Source: Barthelona sp. PAP020 (Eukaryota). From it: a DNA stretch of 64,000 nt. The notes under the pieces are model-generated. The model was not told the DNA's origin. It was given only the letters and a program-made list of their open reading frames with translations, and searched no databases. A program made the translations under genes and the position numbers. Location of the stretch: contig JARQWU010000024.1 in the NCBI GenBank assembly GCA_040182905.1, positions 1 through 64,000 on the forward strand, written 5' to 3'. Below are positions 21,301 to 30,379 of this stretch, in pieces; positions within the stretch are counted from its first letter, which is position 1; every line of letters begins with the position of its first letter.

Positions 21301-23968
21301 GATCAATAATCAACTGCATCATTGAATAATAAAATTTAAAGAAACCAATGTTTTTTAAATGGGAATTTGTTGAAAATATTGTGTTGAAATTTTCCATCAT
21401 CTCCAACATCTTCAATTCACTTGGAATAGTACTTTTCACATCATCAAATTTGTTTGGAATAAACATTAAGGTAGGATATAACATGAAAAACCGAAATAAG
21501 TTTCTAACAACAATATCTATCGGTAAATCAGACAGATCTTTAATGTTTAACCTTTGTAAATCTTTTAAACCATTCAAATAAACAAAGGAACCCCATTCAA
21601 TTTCAATAGGGTCAAAAGATTCAACAAAATTCAACCAAAATTCTCCACCAATCATTTTAGAATTTACTTCATTGTCAATCAAATATTCTTTAGGATTCAA
21701 TAAAAAAATTACAGACTCAAGATATTTGCTAATAATGGTGAGAGCTAATCGATGTTGAAAATCACCAATCTTAGTCCAAGTTATTTCATAACTACCCAAA
21801 TCCAAGTTCAAAGGTGTATTTAAATGAGTGCGGACCGAGTTTTTAAAATATGGAAAATTTAATTGAGGGATTAACAAATGTGGAAGCAGAATTTCAAACC
21901 CCATACAACTATATCTAGAGATAACTGGCTTTTTATGTTCAAAAATATTGTTCAAAATAAAGAATAACTTGTTGATATTCTTTTCAGTGAAAGCTGTTGA
22001 AATGGAAAAACAACACAATTCTGCCAGACTGCTGATGTACATCAAAGTAGCATCACTTGTGGATTCTGATAAAAATTTCATACATTGATTTAATATAACA
22101 TCAACTAATTCTGGTGATATCCAAAGAACAGTTCGAACAATAGCATTCATTATTTCCCAATTTATTGTGCGAGAATCAGTCATTATAGCAGTAAGTAATC
22201 TTTTACTGAAAATCTTCCCTCGTTTAACACTAACGGATAAAATGAAATGAATCACCAATTTAGAAAACATTTTATGGTGTGAAGATCTCAAATCTAACAA
22301 AAAGGTAGCATAATCAATCAAATAATCTTCAAATTGAGGAATAAAAACTTCACTTAGATAACAATGCAATTGTTCTTCATTCTCAGACATATCTTCATAT
22401 TCAGAAACATCATCATTTATGATGAATTTGCTAAAAAAACTTATGAAAAAATATTGTACTTGCTTTTGTAAAGCAGCATTTGAAAAATGCCTAGACATTT
22501 CCATAACATTATTTATTTGAGTTACAATCTCATCAAAAGCTTCTATCTTCAACAAAGTGGGAATAATTGCAGTAAATAAGGGAACAGTAAGCATTTTCTT
22601 GAATGGTGTTGGAAAATTGTTGCAAGAATGAATTATCCCTTCAAATAGATCTTTGATAAGAGGCTCAACACAAGGTATCACTTGCAGAATCTTAATTGAA
22701 CCAAAAAAGGTTAAGGACTCAGAATATGTGATTCCTTGCTTGCAGATATCCAAAATTCCTTTGGCTAACCATTGAAAATCATCAGTTGTTAACATTTTAT
22801 TTGGATTCAGTAACCCTTCAAACTCATATGGAACCGTTTGAACATAATAACGCTTAACTAAAGCTTCTGAAATGGATTTCACAAATTGACCAAATGCTGC
22901 AGTGGCTGGATGTGCTTTTGATGCCAAAAAAGAAAATTGTTGAACCATACGTTCAATTGACTCTCTTAAAGTGTCTCTTTTTTCAATATAATGATGTATG
23001 CCTAAAAAGTCAAAAGTTTCAACATCATCTACAAAATTACTGTACAATGATTGAATGAAAGCATAACCTAAATTCTTATTTATCTTTAAACATGATTGAT
23101 CATCATCAAAAAACATCGTCAATACACACAATTGAGTTAATTCAGGATGATATAAGTTCGGAAAAAATGCAAATAGATTCGTCAACAAACAGGGTATTGT
23201 GGTATCAACTGCTGACATATCTGGATGTATCAGGATAGATCTAATCAATTTGACAACTATTGCGGGTAATTCCACAACGGTATAATTCTTCAAAGCATCA
23301 TTTATTCTTAAAATATAGCTTTTACCAAAATTTGCCTTTGATGCACTCCAGTATGTTGAAGGCTCATGCTCCAAATTCAAGATATTACTGAAGTTTATCA
23401 TTTTAGCAATAAATTCACATTCTTCTTGAAATGTATTGTCAACAGGATCATATATTTTAAAAATTTCTTCAATTAGATAAGTATATCCGGTGTCATTATT
23501 AACAGGATCGTAATAATAAGGGTTCAACAATTCAATAAATCTATAGGTTAACGCCTTTAAATCAATACCTCTATGAATAGATTCAACACTTCTTAATTGT
23601 TTTAACGATTCATAAACAGAACGTACATTAATTCGGATATCTAAAAAACCAGGAAACGCTTTTAAAATTCCTTTTGATAATTTTACCATACGTTGAACAA
23701 TAATAGCATCTAAAGATGTATAAAATAAGCATTGATAAGTTAGTTTAACAAATTTGGAATGAAATAAAAATAATTCATTTCCATAACACGCTTTTTCAAT
23801 ATATTCTAATGTATTTAAAATGTTTTCAAAAGAATAATCCTTCAAAAAATTGACCAAATCTTCAAATAATAAATTTAACAATGAAGATTTTTCCAAAACA
23901 AGATCATTTAACTCATCATTTAATAAAACTATTTCATTAAAATCAGTTACAGACTCAAATATATCCAT
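18398..23968 (-). CDS. PSME4: Proteasome activator PA200/Blm10 (PSME4)-like HEAT protein
   Basis: ~1850 aa helical protein. C-terminus TFEQLRHNLSDDWTE...FIPSPSYII resembles PA200 TLS.FRRTH.DNW...SP.YYA. First ATG at 23968 (the ORF track starts at TTG). Confidence 0.7.
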   Translation of the reverse strand: MDIFESVTDFNEIVLLNDELNDLVLEKSSLLNLLFEDLVNFLKDYSFENILNTLEYIEKACYGNELFLFHSKFVKLTYQCLFYTSLDAIIVQRMVKLSKGILKAFPGFLDIRINVRSVYESLKQLRSVESIHRGIDLKALTYRFIELLNPYYYDPVNNDTGYTYLIEEIFKIYDPVDNTFQEECEFIAKMINFSNILNLEHEPSTYWSASKANFGKSYILRINDALKNYTVVELPAIVVKLIRSILIHPDMSAVDTTIPCLLTNLFAFFPNLYHPELTQLCVLTMFFDDDQSCLKINKNLGYAFIQSLYSNFVDDVETFDFLGIHHYIEKRDTLRESIERMVQQFSFLASKAHPATAAFGQFVKSISEALVKRYYVQTVPYEFEGLLNPNKMLTTDDFQWLAKGILDICKQGITYSESLTFFGSIKILQVIPCVEPLIKDLFEGIIHSCNNFPTPFKKMLTVPLFTAIIPTLLKIEAFDEIVTQINNVMEMSRHFSNAALQKQVQYFFISFFSKFIINDDVSEYEDMSENEEQLHCYLSEVFIPQFEDYLIDYATFLLDLRSSHHKMFSKLVIHFILSVSVKRGKIFSKRLLTAIMTDSRTINWEIMNAIVRTVLWISPELVDVILNQCMKFLSESTSDATLMYISSLAELCCFSISTAFTEKNINKLFFILNNIFEHKKPVISRYSCMGFEILLPHLLIPQLNFPYFKNSVRTHLNTPLNLDLGSYEITWTKIGDFQHRLALTIISKYLESVIFLLNPKEYLIDNEVNSKMIGGEFWLNFVESFDPIEIEWGSFVYLNGLKDLQRLNIKDLSDLPIDIVVRNLFRFFMLYPTLMFIPNKFDDVKSTIPSELKMLEMMENFNTIFSTNSHLKNIGFFKFYYSMMQLIIDQLKIYDLFASSQISNVFTSFVFGNWAGIEDWFCSVAQNFYSPTIKALSVHSETLPFNITNWSVSCVVNFAMNSFSSLYTLICSVNNINRFQKVEFDLLFDFFGYVDPTSVAGTIFIPPLDNVHFERNFFQRSLKLMYPTESELVDEHYNKQLISFINRRETKRRYNVYGFMFEEILEFHKIHKIVDVIPLLWEGESSEKKYIEKISTQTVSLYSFTKSNNFGNITDKKLNDGTKVLIGDDYLDCKMLESITLAQSKESLRRDAIILELIPEIKHNFNGLLGYRKLFIAQLMFMEVLLPIPVIIGNFTSNNPDYVFEFFKLVLEFISTERVFENSVLFISLLLMEIMMNYWPNYELMEYENLKPFISPNDWVNEFDFFGKIDNARTYHSLPYSALNLFRTLDTKFPRIFNGEFEVFEKAHLSKFGHVIIDILSNSDGMKTFFLNFANRTNGIKFVSGVFSHLIRLGQLPFLDLVNDSMEFFDNEDIVIETRAMAFATMFHGFVSGIPYMHFSTYKRFFEIFTPLLKKYLVITEFHNELVQSFSRINLMDVLPTDPRHFKPFIDLYLSLVKETKNQLYVQLYTTYFSFYFCSFIRSYSTYFFESFGYDLLNNILAHGNAFTRGYIISVSTLAISSSDFYVTKVVDLFDLDLKDCQIPPSLLKLYEEMAIKGISIFGKNDDEIDSNTISYFTGIFSSCEHAIQCSFNTNVSILFQLALILQNHSCVPIAANASDFLQRGLDLNANEPYLTGLISKIVIDMFNVIDKGELIFREKKFLLKKSLHYSIELKFLEFCMTNIDPNTLFPEGTLYVNMFNKFLLSQHIDIRESALKLIEKMYYRLTPSELIKETNYDFDVIEAYLNDSDKVEFNAVRGAFLSIGSCITANIVSLFTSDQIFEILYRFVNVTSNLATKISNDIQRKHFKQLKSIVIDTFEQLRHNLSDDWTELLSQMDLEKRHAVEEFIPSPSYII

Positions 23969-24065
23969 AAAATTATTTAATAAAATGTTCAATGGGTAAA
24001 AAAACCTGTAGTCTTTGGGAGTTTAATTGAGATAACTTTTTTTTCCTTTGGATAATTATTTTACA

Positions 24066-25347
24066 ATGTCAAGCAAAAACACACAAGATCAAAACAAAGC
24101 AACAGACGAAAATTGGAAAGATTCAATTGATAGAAATCCTGTTGATGAACGCCCTCAAACTGAAGTAATTTTTCATTTATTTTTTCAAATAACTAACAAT
24201 TTAGGATGTAACTGCAACCAAAGGTTTATCATTTGCAGGTTGGAATTTAAAAAAAGAATTACAAATGGGAATTTATGCAAAAGGTTGGGATGAGCCTTCC
24301 CCTATTCAAGAAGAAGCAATTCCACAAATATTATTAGGTAATGATGTATTAGCTCGAGCCAAAAATGGTACTGGAAAAACTGCTGCTTTTTGTATTCCCG
24401 CTTTAGAACATATTAACACTACTTTAGATTTACCTCAAGTTATTATTATTGAGCCTACCAGAGAATTAGCATTTCAAACGTCTAAGGTGTTGGTTGATTT
24501 GGCAAAATATATGGAAGATACCAAAATTATGGTTACAACTGGTGGTACCAATGTTCAAGATGATCTTGAAAGATTGAAAAATCCTGTTCATATTATTGTT
24601 GGTACTCCTGGTAGATTGAAACATCTTTTTGAAGTTAAACGTCTAAGAGCAGACAATGTATCGATGTTTATTTTGGATGAAGCTGATGCTTTGTTAGGAG
24701 ACTCTTTTGTTGATGATATTGAAGTTATTATTAGGAAATTACCTCGTGAAAGGCAAATTCTATTGTTTTCAGCGACATTCCCTGTTTCTGTGGCAACATT
24801 TCAAGAAAAGTGGATGGATACAGACACTAGAACTGTAAAAACAATGAATGAATTAACCCTCATTGGAGTTGATCAATTTTATGCATATATTAACGAAGGT
24901 CAAAAGCTTTCTTTGTTGCGTCAAATTTTGACGGACATTCCTTTTAATCAATTGGTAATTTTTGTAGCATCTGCCAAGAGAAGTCAAGAATTGGCAATTT
25001 TAATGACAAATTGGGGTATTAGAACTCTATTTATTCATTCTTTCATTGAACAAGATGAGAGAAATCGTATTGTACATGATTTTCGTGAAGGTATATTCAG
25101 AATCTTAGTTTGTACTGATTTGTTTACTCGTGGTATTGATATTGCTGGTGTTGATTTAGTGATTAACTTTGATTTTCCCTCAAGTAAAATGGACAGACCC
25201 GGTTCAAAATATTTGCATAGAATTGGTCGTACCGGTAGGTATGGACATTTTGGGAAAGCTATCAGTTTCATTACTGATGATGATACCGCCAATTTATTTA
25301 AAGTTGAAAAACAGTTGGGAACAAAGATAGGACCTTTAAAGTTGTAA
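24066..25347 (+). CDS. DDX6: DEAD-box RNA helicase DDX6/Dhh1; exons 24066-24164 and 24205-25347
   Basis: Removing the 40-nt intron restores RPQTE|DVTATKG, typical of Dhh1. Motifs PSPIQEE, ARAKNGTGKT, DEAD, SAT, YLHRIGRTGRYGH. Confidence 0.93.
24165..24204 (+). other. Spliceosomal intron, 40 nt
   Basis: GTAATT...ACTAACAATTTAG; removal joins two ORFs in frame into a conserved Dhh1 motif. Confidence 0.93.
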
Positions 25348-25547
25348 AGACATCTGCTTTTATTTTATTTTATTTATATTAAAAACGATTAGATGCTAAT
25401 GATACCAAAACCAATATTTCCAAACTATTTAGGTCTTAAATGAAATACAAACTTTCCAAGAGAACATTTAATAAAACGAACTGAAGGTTCAAGAATTTAT
25501 TTACTTGTGAGTGGCAACTTCTAAACACTTTTTTATTTTTAGCCTCA

Positions 25548-26555
25548 ATGAAATATATCCATAGTCTAATAATATTATTGTTTATGAGTCTTTCTTTTGC
25601 ATATAGAAGCCAATATTTTTCTGATGAAGAGGCCGCAAAAGAATTTGATATTTTTTTAAACACTTTTCCTTCAAAAACTTATGCATCACCCGAAGAATTC
25701 GAATATAGATTTTCTGTTTTTAAAAAAAACCTTGATATTGCGTTTGAATTAAATGATATTGATACAGCTGAATTTGGTGTCACCATTTTTTCTGATTTAA
25801 CAGATGAAGAATTCGAAAATTACTTATCAATGAAAGATATTGAACTTATAGATACAGATTATACGCCATTGACATCCTCCATTGAAAATGATGAAATTCC
25901 GGATTTTATTGATTGGGCACAAAAAGGTAAGACCCCTCCAGTTAGAAATCAAGGTTCAAAATGTGGAAGTTGTTGGAGTATTTCCGCATGTGATGCAATT
26001 AGTTCTGCATATGCTATAAAAAATAACAATGAACCGCTGGTGTTATCACCTTCATTTTTGATTGACTGTGTTCCAAAGTATGGTTGTTCTGGTGGGTTTC
26101 CTCATGTAGCTTTTGAGTACCTTATTTCTAATAATCTTGGTTTACCTTTGGAAAAGAATTATCCTTATGTGCCTGCAGATCAAAGTTGCCCTTCTTTTGA
26201 GACTTTGACTTTTTTTGACCAACTTAAGTCATATGAATTGCTACCTGTTACCAAAGACTATGTTAATCTATACAAACAAAACGTTGCAAAAGGGCCTATT
26301 GCAATTGGTATTGCTAGCAAAAGCCTAAAATATTATAAAAGAGGTATAATTTCTAATCCCAGAGCTTGTTTGGGCAATTTAAATCATGCAGTTCTTATCG
26401 TTGGAATGTCATTCCAACAAAGTAATGGTGAGATTGCATATTGGAAAATTCAAAATAGTTGGGGTGAAGACTATGGAGAAAATGGGTTTATTAGAGTCGC
26501 AGTTAACAACAGCGTTTGTAAAATTGGTCAATATGCTGCAACTGTCACTGTGTAG
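25548..26555 (+). CDS. Papain-family (C1A) cysteine protease with signal peptide and I29 prodomain
   Basis: Signal peptide, EYRFSVFKKNL prodomain, QGSKCGSCW, NHAV, IQNSWG. Confidence 0.96.
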   Translation: MKYIHSLIILLFMSLSFAYRSQYFSDEEAAKEFDIFLNTFPSKTYASPEEFEYRFSVFKKNLDIAFELNDIDTAEFGVTIFSDLTDEEFENYLSMKDIELIDTDYTPLTSSIENDEIPDFIDWAQKGKTPPVRNQGSKCGSCWSISACDAISSAYAIKNNNEPLVLSPSFLIDCVPKYGCSGGFPHVAFEYLISNNLGLPLEKNYPYVPADQSCPSFETLTFFDQLKSYELLPVTKDYVNLYKQNVAKGPIAIGIASKSLKYYKRGIISNPRACLGNLNHAVLIVGMSFQQSNGEIAYWKIQNSWGEDYGENGFIRVAVNNSVCKIGQYAATVTV

Positions 26556-26716
26556 TTTGTTATTCCTTTTTGTATAAATTAAACCAGTTTTTTTATTCTT
26601 TCAACTTTTGTTTGATTTATTCATTGTTTGATCAAATGAAGATAAAACCAAAATAAATACCAAATAAATGATAATGAAAAAAAAATGACAAAATAATTTT
26701 ATTCAATATCGTTCAA

Positions 26717-27598
26717 ATGATTTTAACAAAAAAATTAGGTGAAGGAACATACGGTACTGTCTATGAAGCACATGATCCAGATAATATTGATGAAAAATTT
26801 GCAGTGAAAAGGATTGAACCAAAACACCCTGATCATGGAATGTCACCAACTGCTTTGAGGGAAATTGCAATATTAAGAGCATTACCACCTCATCCAAATA
26901 TTGTTACATTATATGAGGTTAAACATTGTGGAACGCATTTGGATTTAGTTTTTGAATTATGTGAATGTGATTTGCGACAATTAATGGAATCTAGAGAAAC
27001 TTTATTGGATTTTGAAGATATTGCACGTTTTACATATCAAATGCTTTTAGGAATTCAACATTGTCACAATCACCGAATGATTCATCGTGATTTAAAACCA
27101 AAAAACCTATTATTTAATGATGGAGTCTTAAAAATTGGTGATTTTGGTTTAGGAAGAATTTTTGACATTCCTTCTGAAATGTACACTCCTAACGTTGTGA
27201 CTCTATGGTATAAACCTCCTGAATTATTGCTGGGTTCTGATGTCTACACAAAATCTTTGGATGTGTGGGGAATTGGATGTATTTTTGCTGAAATGGTTCT
27301 TGGAAAACCATTATTCGGTGGACAACATCATTATCAGGTTTTGTTCATGCAATTTGAAAGATTAGGAACTCCTACACCTGCTACTTGGCCCAATATTACC
27401 AATTTGGAACATTATAATCCTGAATTTCCAAAATGGAACCCCAAACCTATCTCGGAAATGGAGGAAAGATTTCAACAACTTGGAAGAATTGGAACAGACT
27501 TGTTTTATCGATTTTTAACTCTTGATCCTTCTCAAAGAATTACAATAGATGATGCTTTAAAACATGAATTCTTTGTTCAATATGGATTAACAGAATGA
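26717..27598 (+). CDS. Cyclin-dependent kinase (CDK1/2/CDKB-like; SPTALRE)
   Basis: LGEGTYG, SPTALRE helix, HRDLKPKN, DFGLGR, YTPNVVTLWY. Confidence 0.93.
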   Translation: MILTKKLGEGTYGTVYEAHDPDNIDEKFAVKRIEPKHPDHGMSPTALREIAILRALPPHPNIVTLYEVKHCGTHLDLVFELCECDLRQLMESRETLLDFEDIARFTYQMLLGIQHCHNHRMIHRDLKPKNLLFNDGVLKIGDFGLGRIFDIPSEMYTPNVVTLWYKPPELLLGSDVYTKSLDVWGIGCIFAEMVLGKPLFGGQHHYQVLFMQFERLGTPTPATWPNITNLEHYNPEFPKWNPKPISEMEERFQQLGRIGTDLFYRFLTLDPSQRITIDDALKHEFFVQYGLTE

Positions 27599-27644
27599 AC
27601 AATGTAAATTTTTTCTTATCAATTTTTTTTTGTTTGTGTTAAAT

Positions 27645-28334
27645 ATGAGCGAAATTGTAGGTGATAATTTTTTTAATTTAATGTTCTAACCATAATAGTA
27701 TGAACAAATATTAACAGTTGTACCAAATGCAAAATTATACAAAGCTGGTCAAAGATCCAGTGCTCAAGGAGGATATCGTTGTTCAGAATGGACTGAGAAC
27801 GATTTCATTTCAAAGGCTAATGTTGATGTATTGGGAGTTGGTGAAAATGTGATCATCAAATTAACGGACCCTGACACTCAAACTTTAATTTGTAAATGTC
27901 CAATTAGGAACAATTTATCTGAAGTTGTTGAAAGAGCTATTGATTCTTCAAGATATTATGTTGTTGTTGCTGAAGATGATGAAACGGGAAGAAAGATGAA
28001 CGTTGGTTTGGGTTTTAACACCCGAAATGAATCTTTCAGCTTTTGGGCAGCAATTACTGATTATATTAAAAGAAGAACTGAAATTGAAAATGCAAAGAAT
28101 GAGGCTGAGACTAGTCAAAATGTTGATTTTTCTCTAAAAACTAATAAAAAAATATCATTAAATATCGGTTCGACTGTTAGTGCTGGTTCAACCCCCAAAA
28201 AAGCATCTGGAAAAAAACTTAGCAAATTAACTTTACGAAGTGGAAATCGAAGTATGAAAACTCGGACTACAATAGATGATAAGGAAGAACCTTCAAAAAA
28301 TCTTAGTAATGATATTGATTTGTTGAATTTATAA
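27645..28334 (+). CDS. NECAP: NECAP (adaptin ear-binding coat-associated protein); exons 27645-27656 and 27699-28334
   Basis: Spliced N-terminus MSEI|YEQILTVVPNAKLYK...GYRCSEW, then VERAIDSSRYYV and GLGFNTRNESFSF (PHear domain). Confidence 0.88.
27657..27698 (+). other. Spliceosomal intron, 42 nt
   Basis: GTAGGT...TTCTAACCATAATAG. It contains an in-frame TAA, so it must be removed to link ATG 27645 to the NECAP frame. Confidence 0.8.
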
Positions 28335-28370
28335 AACAGTGAAGTGTAAATATATATTCTAGAGTTTTAT

Positions 28371-28410
28371 TTTTGCCCTTTATGCAATTTGAAAAATTTG
28401 AAGGGCAAAA
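28371..28410. repeat. Perfect 10-bp inverted repeat with 20-nt spacer
   Basis: TTTTGCCCTT (28371-28380) and AAGGGCAAAA (28401-28410). Confidence 0.7.
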
Positions 28411-28472
28411 CTTTTGGAAACTTCAAAGAATATTATTCATTGATTGATAATTTTTTTTTTAATTTTCAAAAG

Positions 28473-28616
28473 GTATGTTTTGTGTGTTATTTTTCATGAT
28501 GAATATGTAGTCCGTGTTTCTGATGTTACCCATGAAGAGAAACATTACCACCTTTTGGTGTTCTGATTTTTTTATTTTTATTATTATATGTTTTTTTGAA
28601 TCTTTACTAATATTAG
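28473..28616 (+). other. Putative 144-nt snoRNA-hosting intron
   Basis: AG|GTATGT donor at 28473; TACTAATATTAG branch point/acceptor ending at 28616, in the same layout as the two other introns; brackets the snoRNA. Confidence 0.65.
28492..28570 (+). ncRNA. U18: Box C/D snoRNA, U18/snR18 orthologue
   Basis: C box ATGATGA 28496-28502; guide GTCCGTGTTT then D' CTGA 28520-28523; C' ATGAAGA 28532-28538; D CTGA 28563-28566. The guide is antisense to conserved LSU rRNA GAAACACGGAC. Confidence 0.9.
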
Positions 28617-28824
28617 TTATCATTATTTCTACAGTCTAAATTGTTTTGCAATCATAAAAATCAATGTTTGTGTTTTTGTTTAAAATAGGTGAATATTTTC
28701 TTTAGATTTGTTAATTTTTATTTTCAAAATAATTCAATCATTGCAACTATTTTTGCAAGTTTTTTTGGACAAATAAAGTATTTCATGTAGAAAAAAAGAA
28801 TTTTTTTTTCCATTGTAACGATTT

Positions 28825-29409
28825 ATGAGTCAAAATAAACGATCCTTGCAGTTTAAAATAGGATTATTGGGTAATATGCAAGCTGGAAAAACGACCCTAA
28901 TGGTTAAATATGTTCAAAACAGATTTGATTCTTCATACATTGCAACATTGGGTGTTAATTTTATGGAAAAAGCAGTTACTTTAAAAAATGCAGTTATTAA
29001 TTTCTCAATATGGGATTTAGGTGGATCAAAAGACTTTTCACAAATGTTGCCTTTGGTTGTATCTGAGGCACATGCTTTATTATTTCTATTTGATTTAACC
29101 AACAAAAGTTCACTATGGGCTATTAAAGAATGGTATTATCAAGCGAGAGGACATAATAGAACTGCTATACCCATATTAGTTGGTACCAAATATGATTTGT
29201 TTTGTGAATTATCTACAGAGGAACAAGCAGAAGTGACGACTTTAGCTAGAAAGTATGCAGCAGCAATGAAAGCACCAATTATTTTTTGTTCATCTGCAGT
29301 TGGTGTAAATGTAAATAAAATATTTAAAATAGCTTTATCGAAGGTCTTTCAAATTCCTATTAACGTTCCAAAAGTTTTAGAACCAGGTCAACCTATTATT
29401 GATTATTAA
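28825..29409 (+). CDS. TEM1: Tem1/Spg1 small GTPase
   Basis: KIGLLGNMQAGKTTLMVKYV, TLGVNFMEK, FSIWDLGG, MLPLV, IKEWY.QARG.N, VGTKYD, PIIDY C-terminus without CAAX. Confidence 0.93.
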   Translation: MSQNKRSLQFKIGLLGNMQAGKTTLMVKYVQNRFDSSYIATLGVNFMEKAVTLKNAVINFSIWDLGGSKDFSQMLPLVVSEAHALLFLFDLTNKSSLWAIKEWYYQARGHNRTAIPILVGTKYDLFCELSTEEQAEVTTLARKYAAAMKAPIIFCSSAVGVNVNKIFKIALSKVFQIPINVPKVLEPGQPIIDY

Positions 29410-29571
29410 TTGTTGAATAAATAAAATTTTTTCTTTTTTTCTTTGGTGATTCATTCTTTTGTCAAAACAAAAAAATCAAAAATTTGAAAACAAAAAGTGA
29501 AAAATAATTTACAAAAGAGTGAATATGATCAATTGGCTTCACACTATTTTCTTAATGAAAAAAAATATCAC

Positions 29572-30138
29572 TCAAGAATTATCTTGGGTATCTGTATCTG
29601 TTTCTGTTGTGACCGTTGAATTTGTTTCAGTTGGGACAGTTAAATCATTAGGTATCATTGAATTGAATAAATTTAAGATTCTTGAAAGACCTTCTGCAGG
29701 TTGAGCCTTTTGCATTGTAATTTTCACACCATATTTGCTTGTTTGATCTGTACTTCTTTCATGATTTGATGCAGAAGAAAATTGTGTATTAAATTCAACA
29801 TTAGACGTCTTTAATGATCCTTCAGAGGTTGAACTTGTCTTATAAGTCTCAGTTGTTGCAGAAGTTACTTCCATTTGAAAATCAACAGTAAGTTCATCGA
29901 TGCTTAATGTTGGAATGTTCACAAGAGCTGCTGCGGGAACTGCAAAACTTAAACCTTTTCCATTTGGCAATTTAATTTGAAAATTTTCAGTTGTTTTTGC
30001 AAGTTCTTGAACTATTGGAACACTTGCAAGGGCTAATTCATTTTGGGCTTCTGCGGCAGCCAACAACGGTGCAGAAAATAGCTGCTTCATTGTTGTTCCA
30101 AGAACACCTTCACTAGCTGTTGATACATTATTGGCCAT
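29572..30138 (-). CDS. DUF2589-like protein (standalone)
   Basis: LFSAPLLAAAEAQ, VP...LVNIPTLSIDELTVDFQMEV, Ser/Thr-rich hairpin, RSTDQTSKY.V......PAEGLSRIL: the pattern I recognise for DUF2589. Confidence 0.8.
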   Translation of the reverse strand: MANNVSTASEGVLGTTMKQLFSAPLLAAAEAQNELALASVPIVQELAKTTENFQIKLPNGKGLSFAVPAAALVNIPTLSIDELTVDFQMEVTSATTETYKTSSTSEGSLKTSNVEFNTQFSSASNHERSTDQTSKYGVKITMQKAQPAEGLSRILNLFNSMIPNDLTVPTETNSTVTTETDTDTQDNS

Positions 30139-30379
30139 TCGATTAATTAAAAGAAATAATTAAAATTGGATGAAAATGTCACAGAAAAAAAAAAATGGTT
30201 TGATAAACAAATACCAAAATTATACAAAATCACAACCAATTATTAATTTTATAAAGTACGCATACAAATTCAACAAAAACTATCAAATTGAAAAAAAAAT
30301 TAAGATTTTTGAACAAAGAAAAATTGACCATTTTATTCATAAAAATAACCAAAAAGAAAGAAACTAATAAGAAAAGACT

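Noticed and set aside
2..23968. Apparent cluster of ubiquitin/proteasome genes (Rpn5, HECT, UFC1, PA200)
   Set aside because: These classes are abundant and interspersed with unrelated genes; no evidence of co-regulation.
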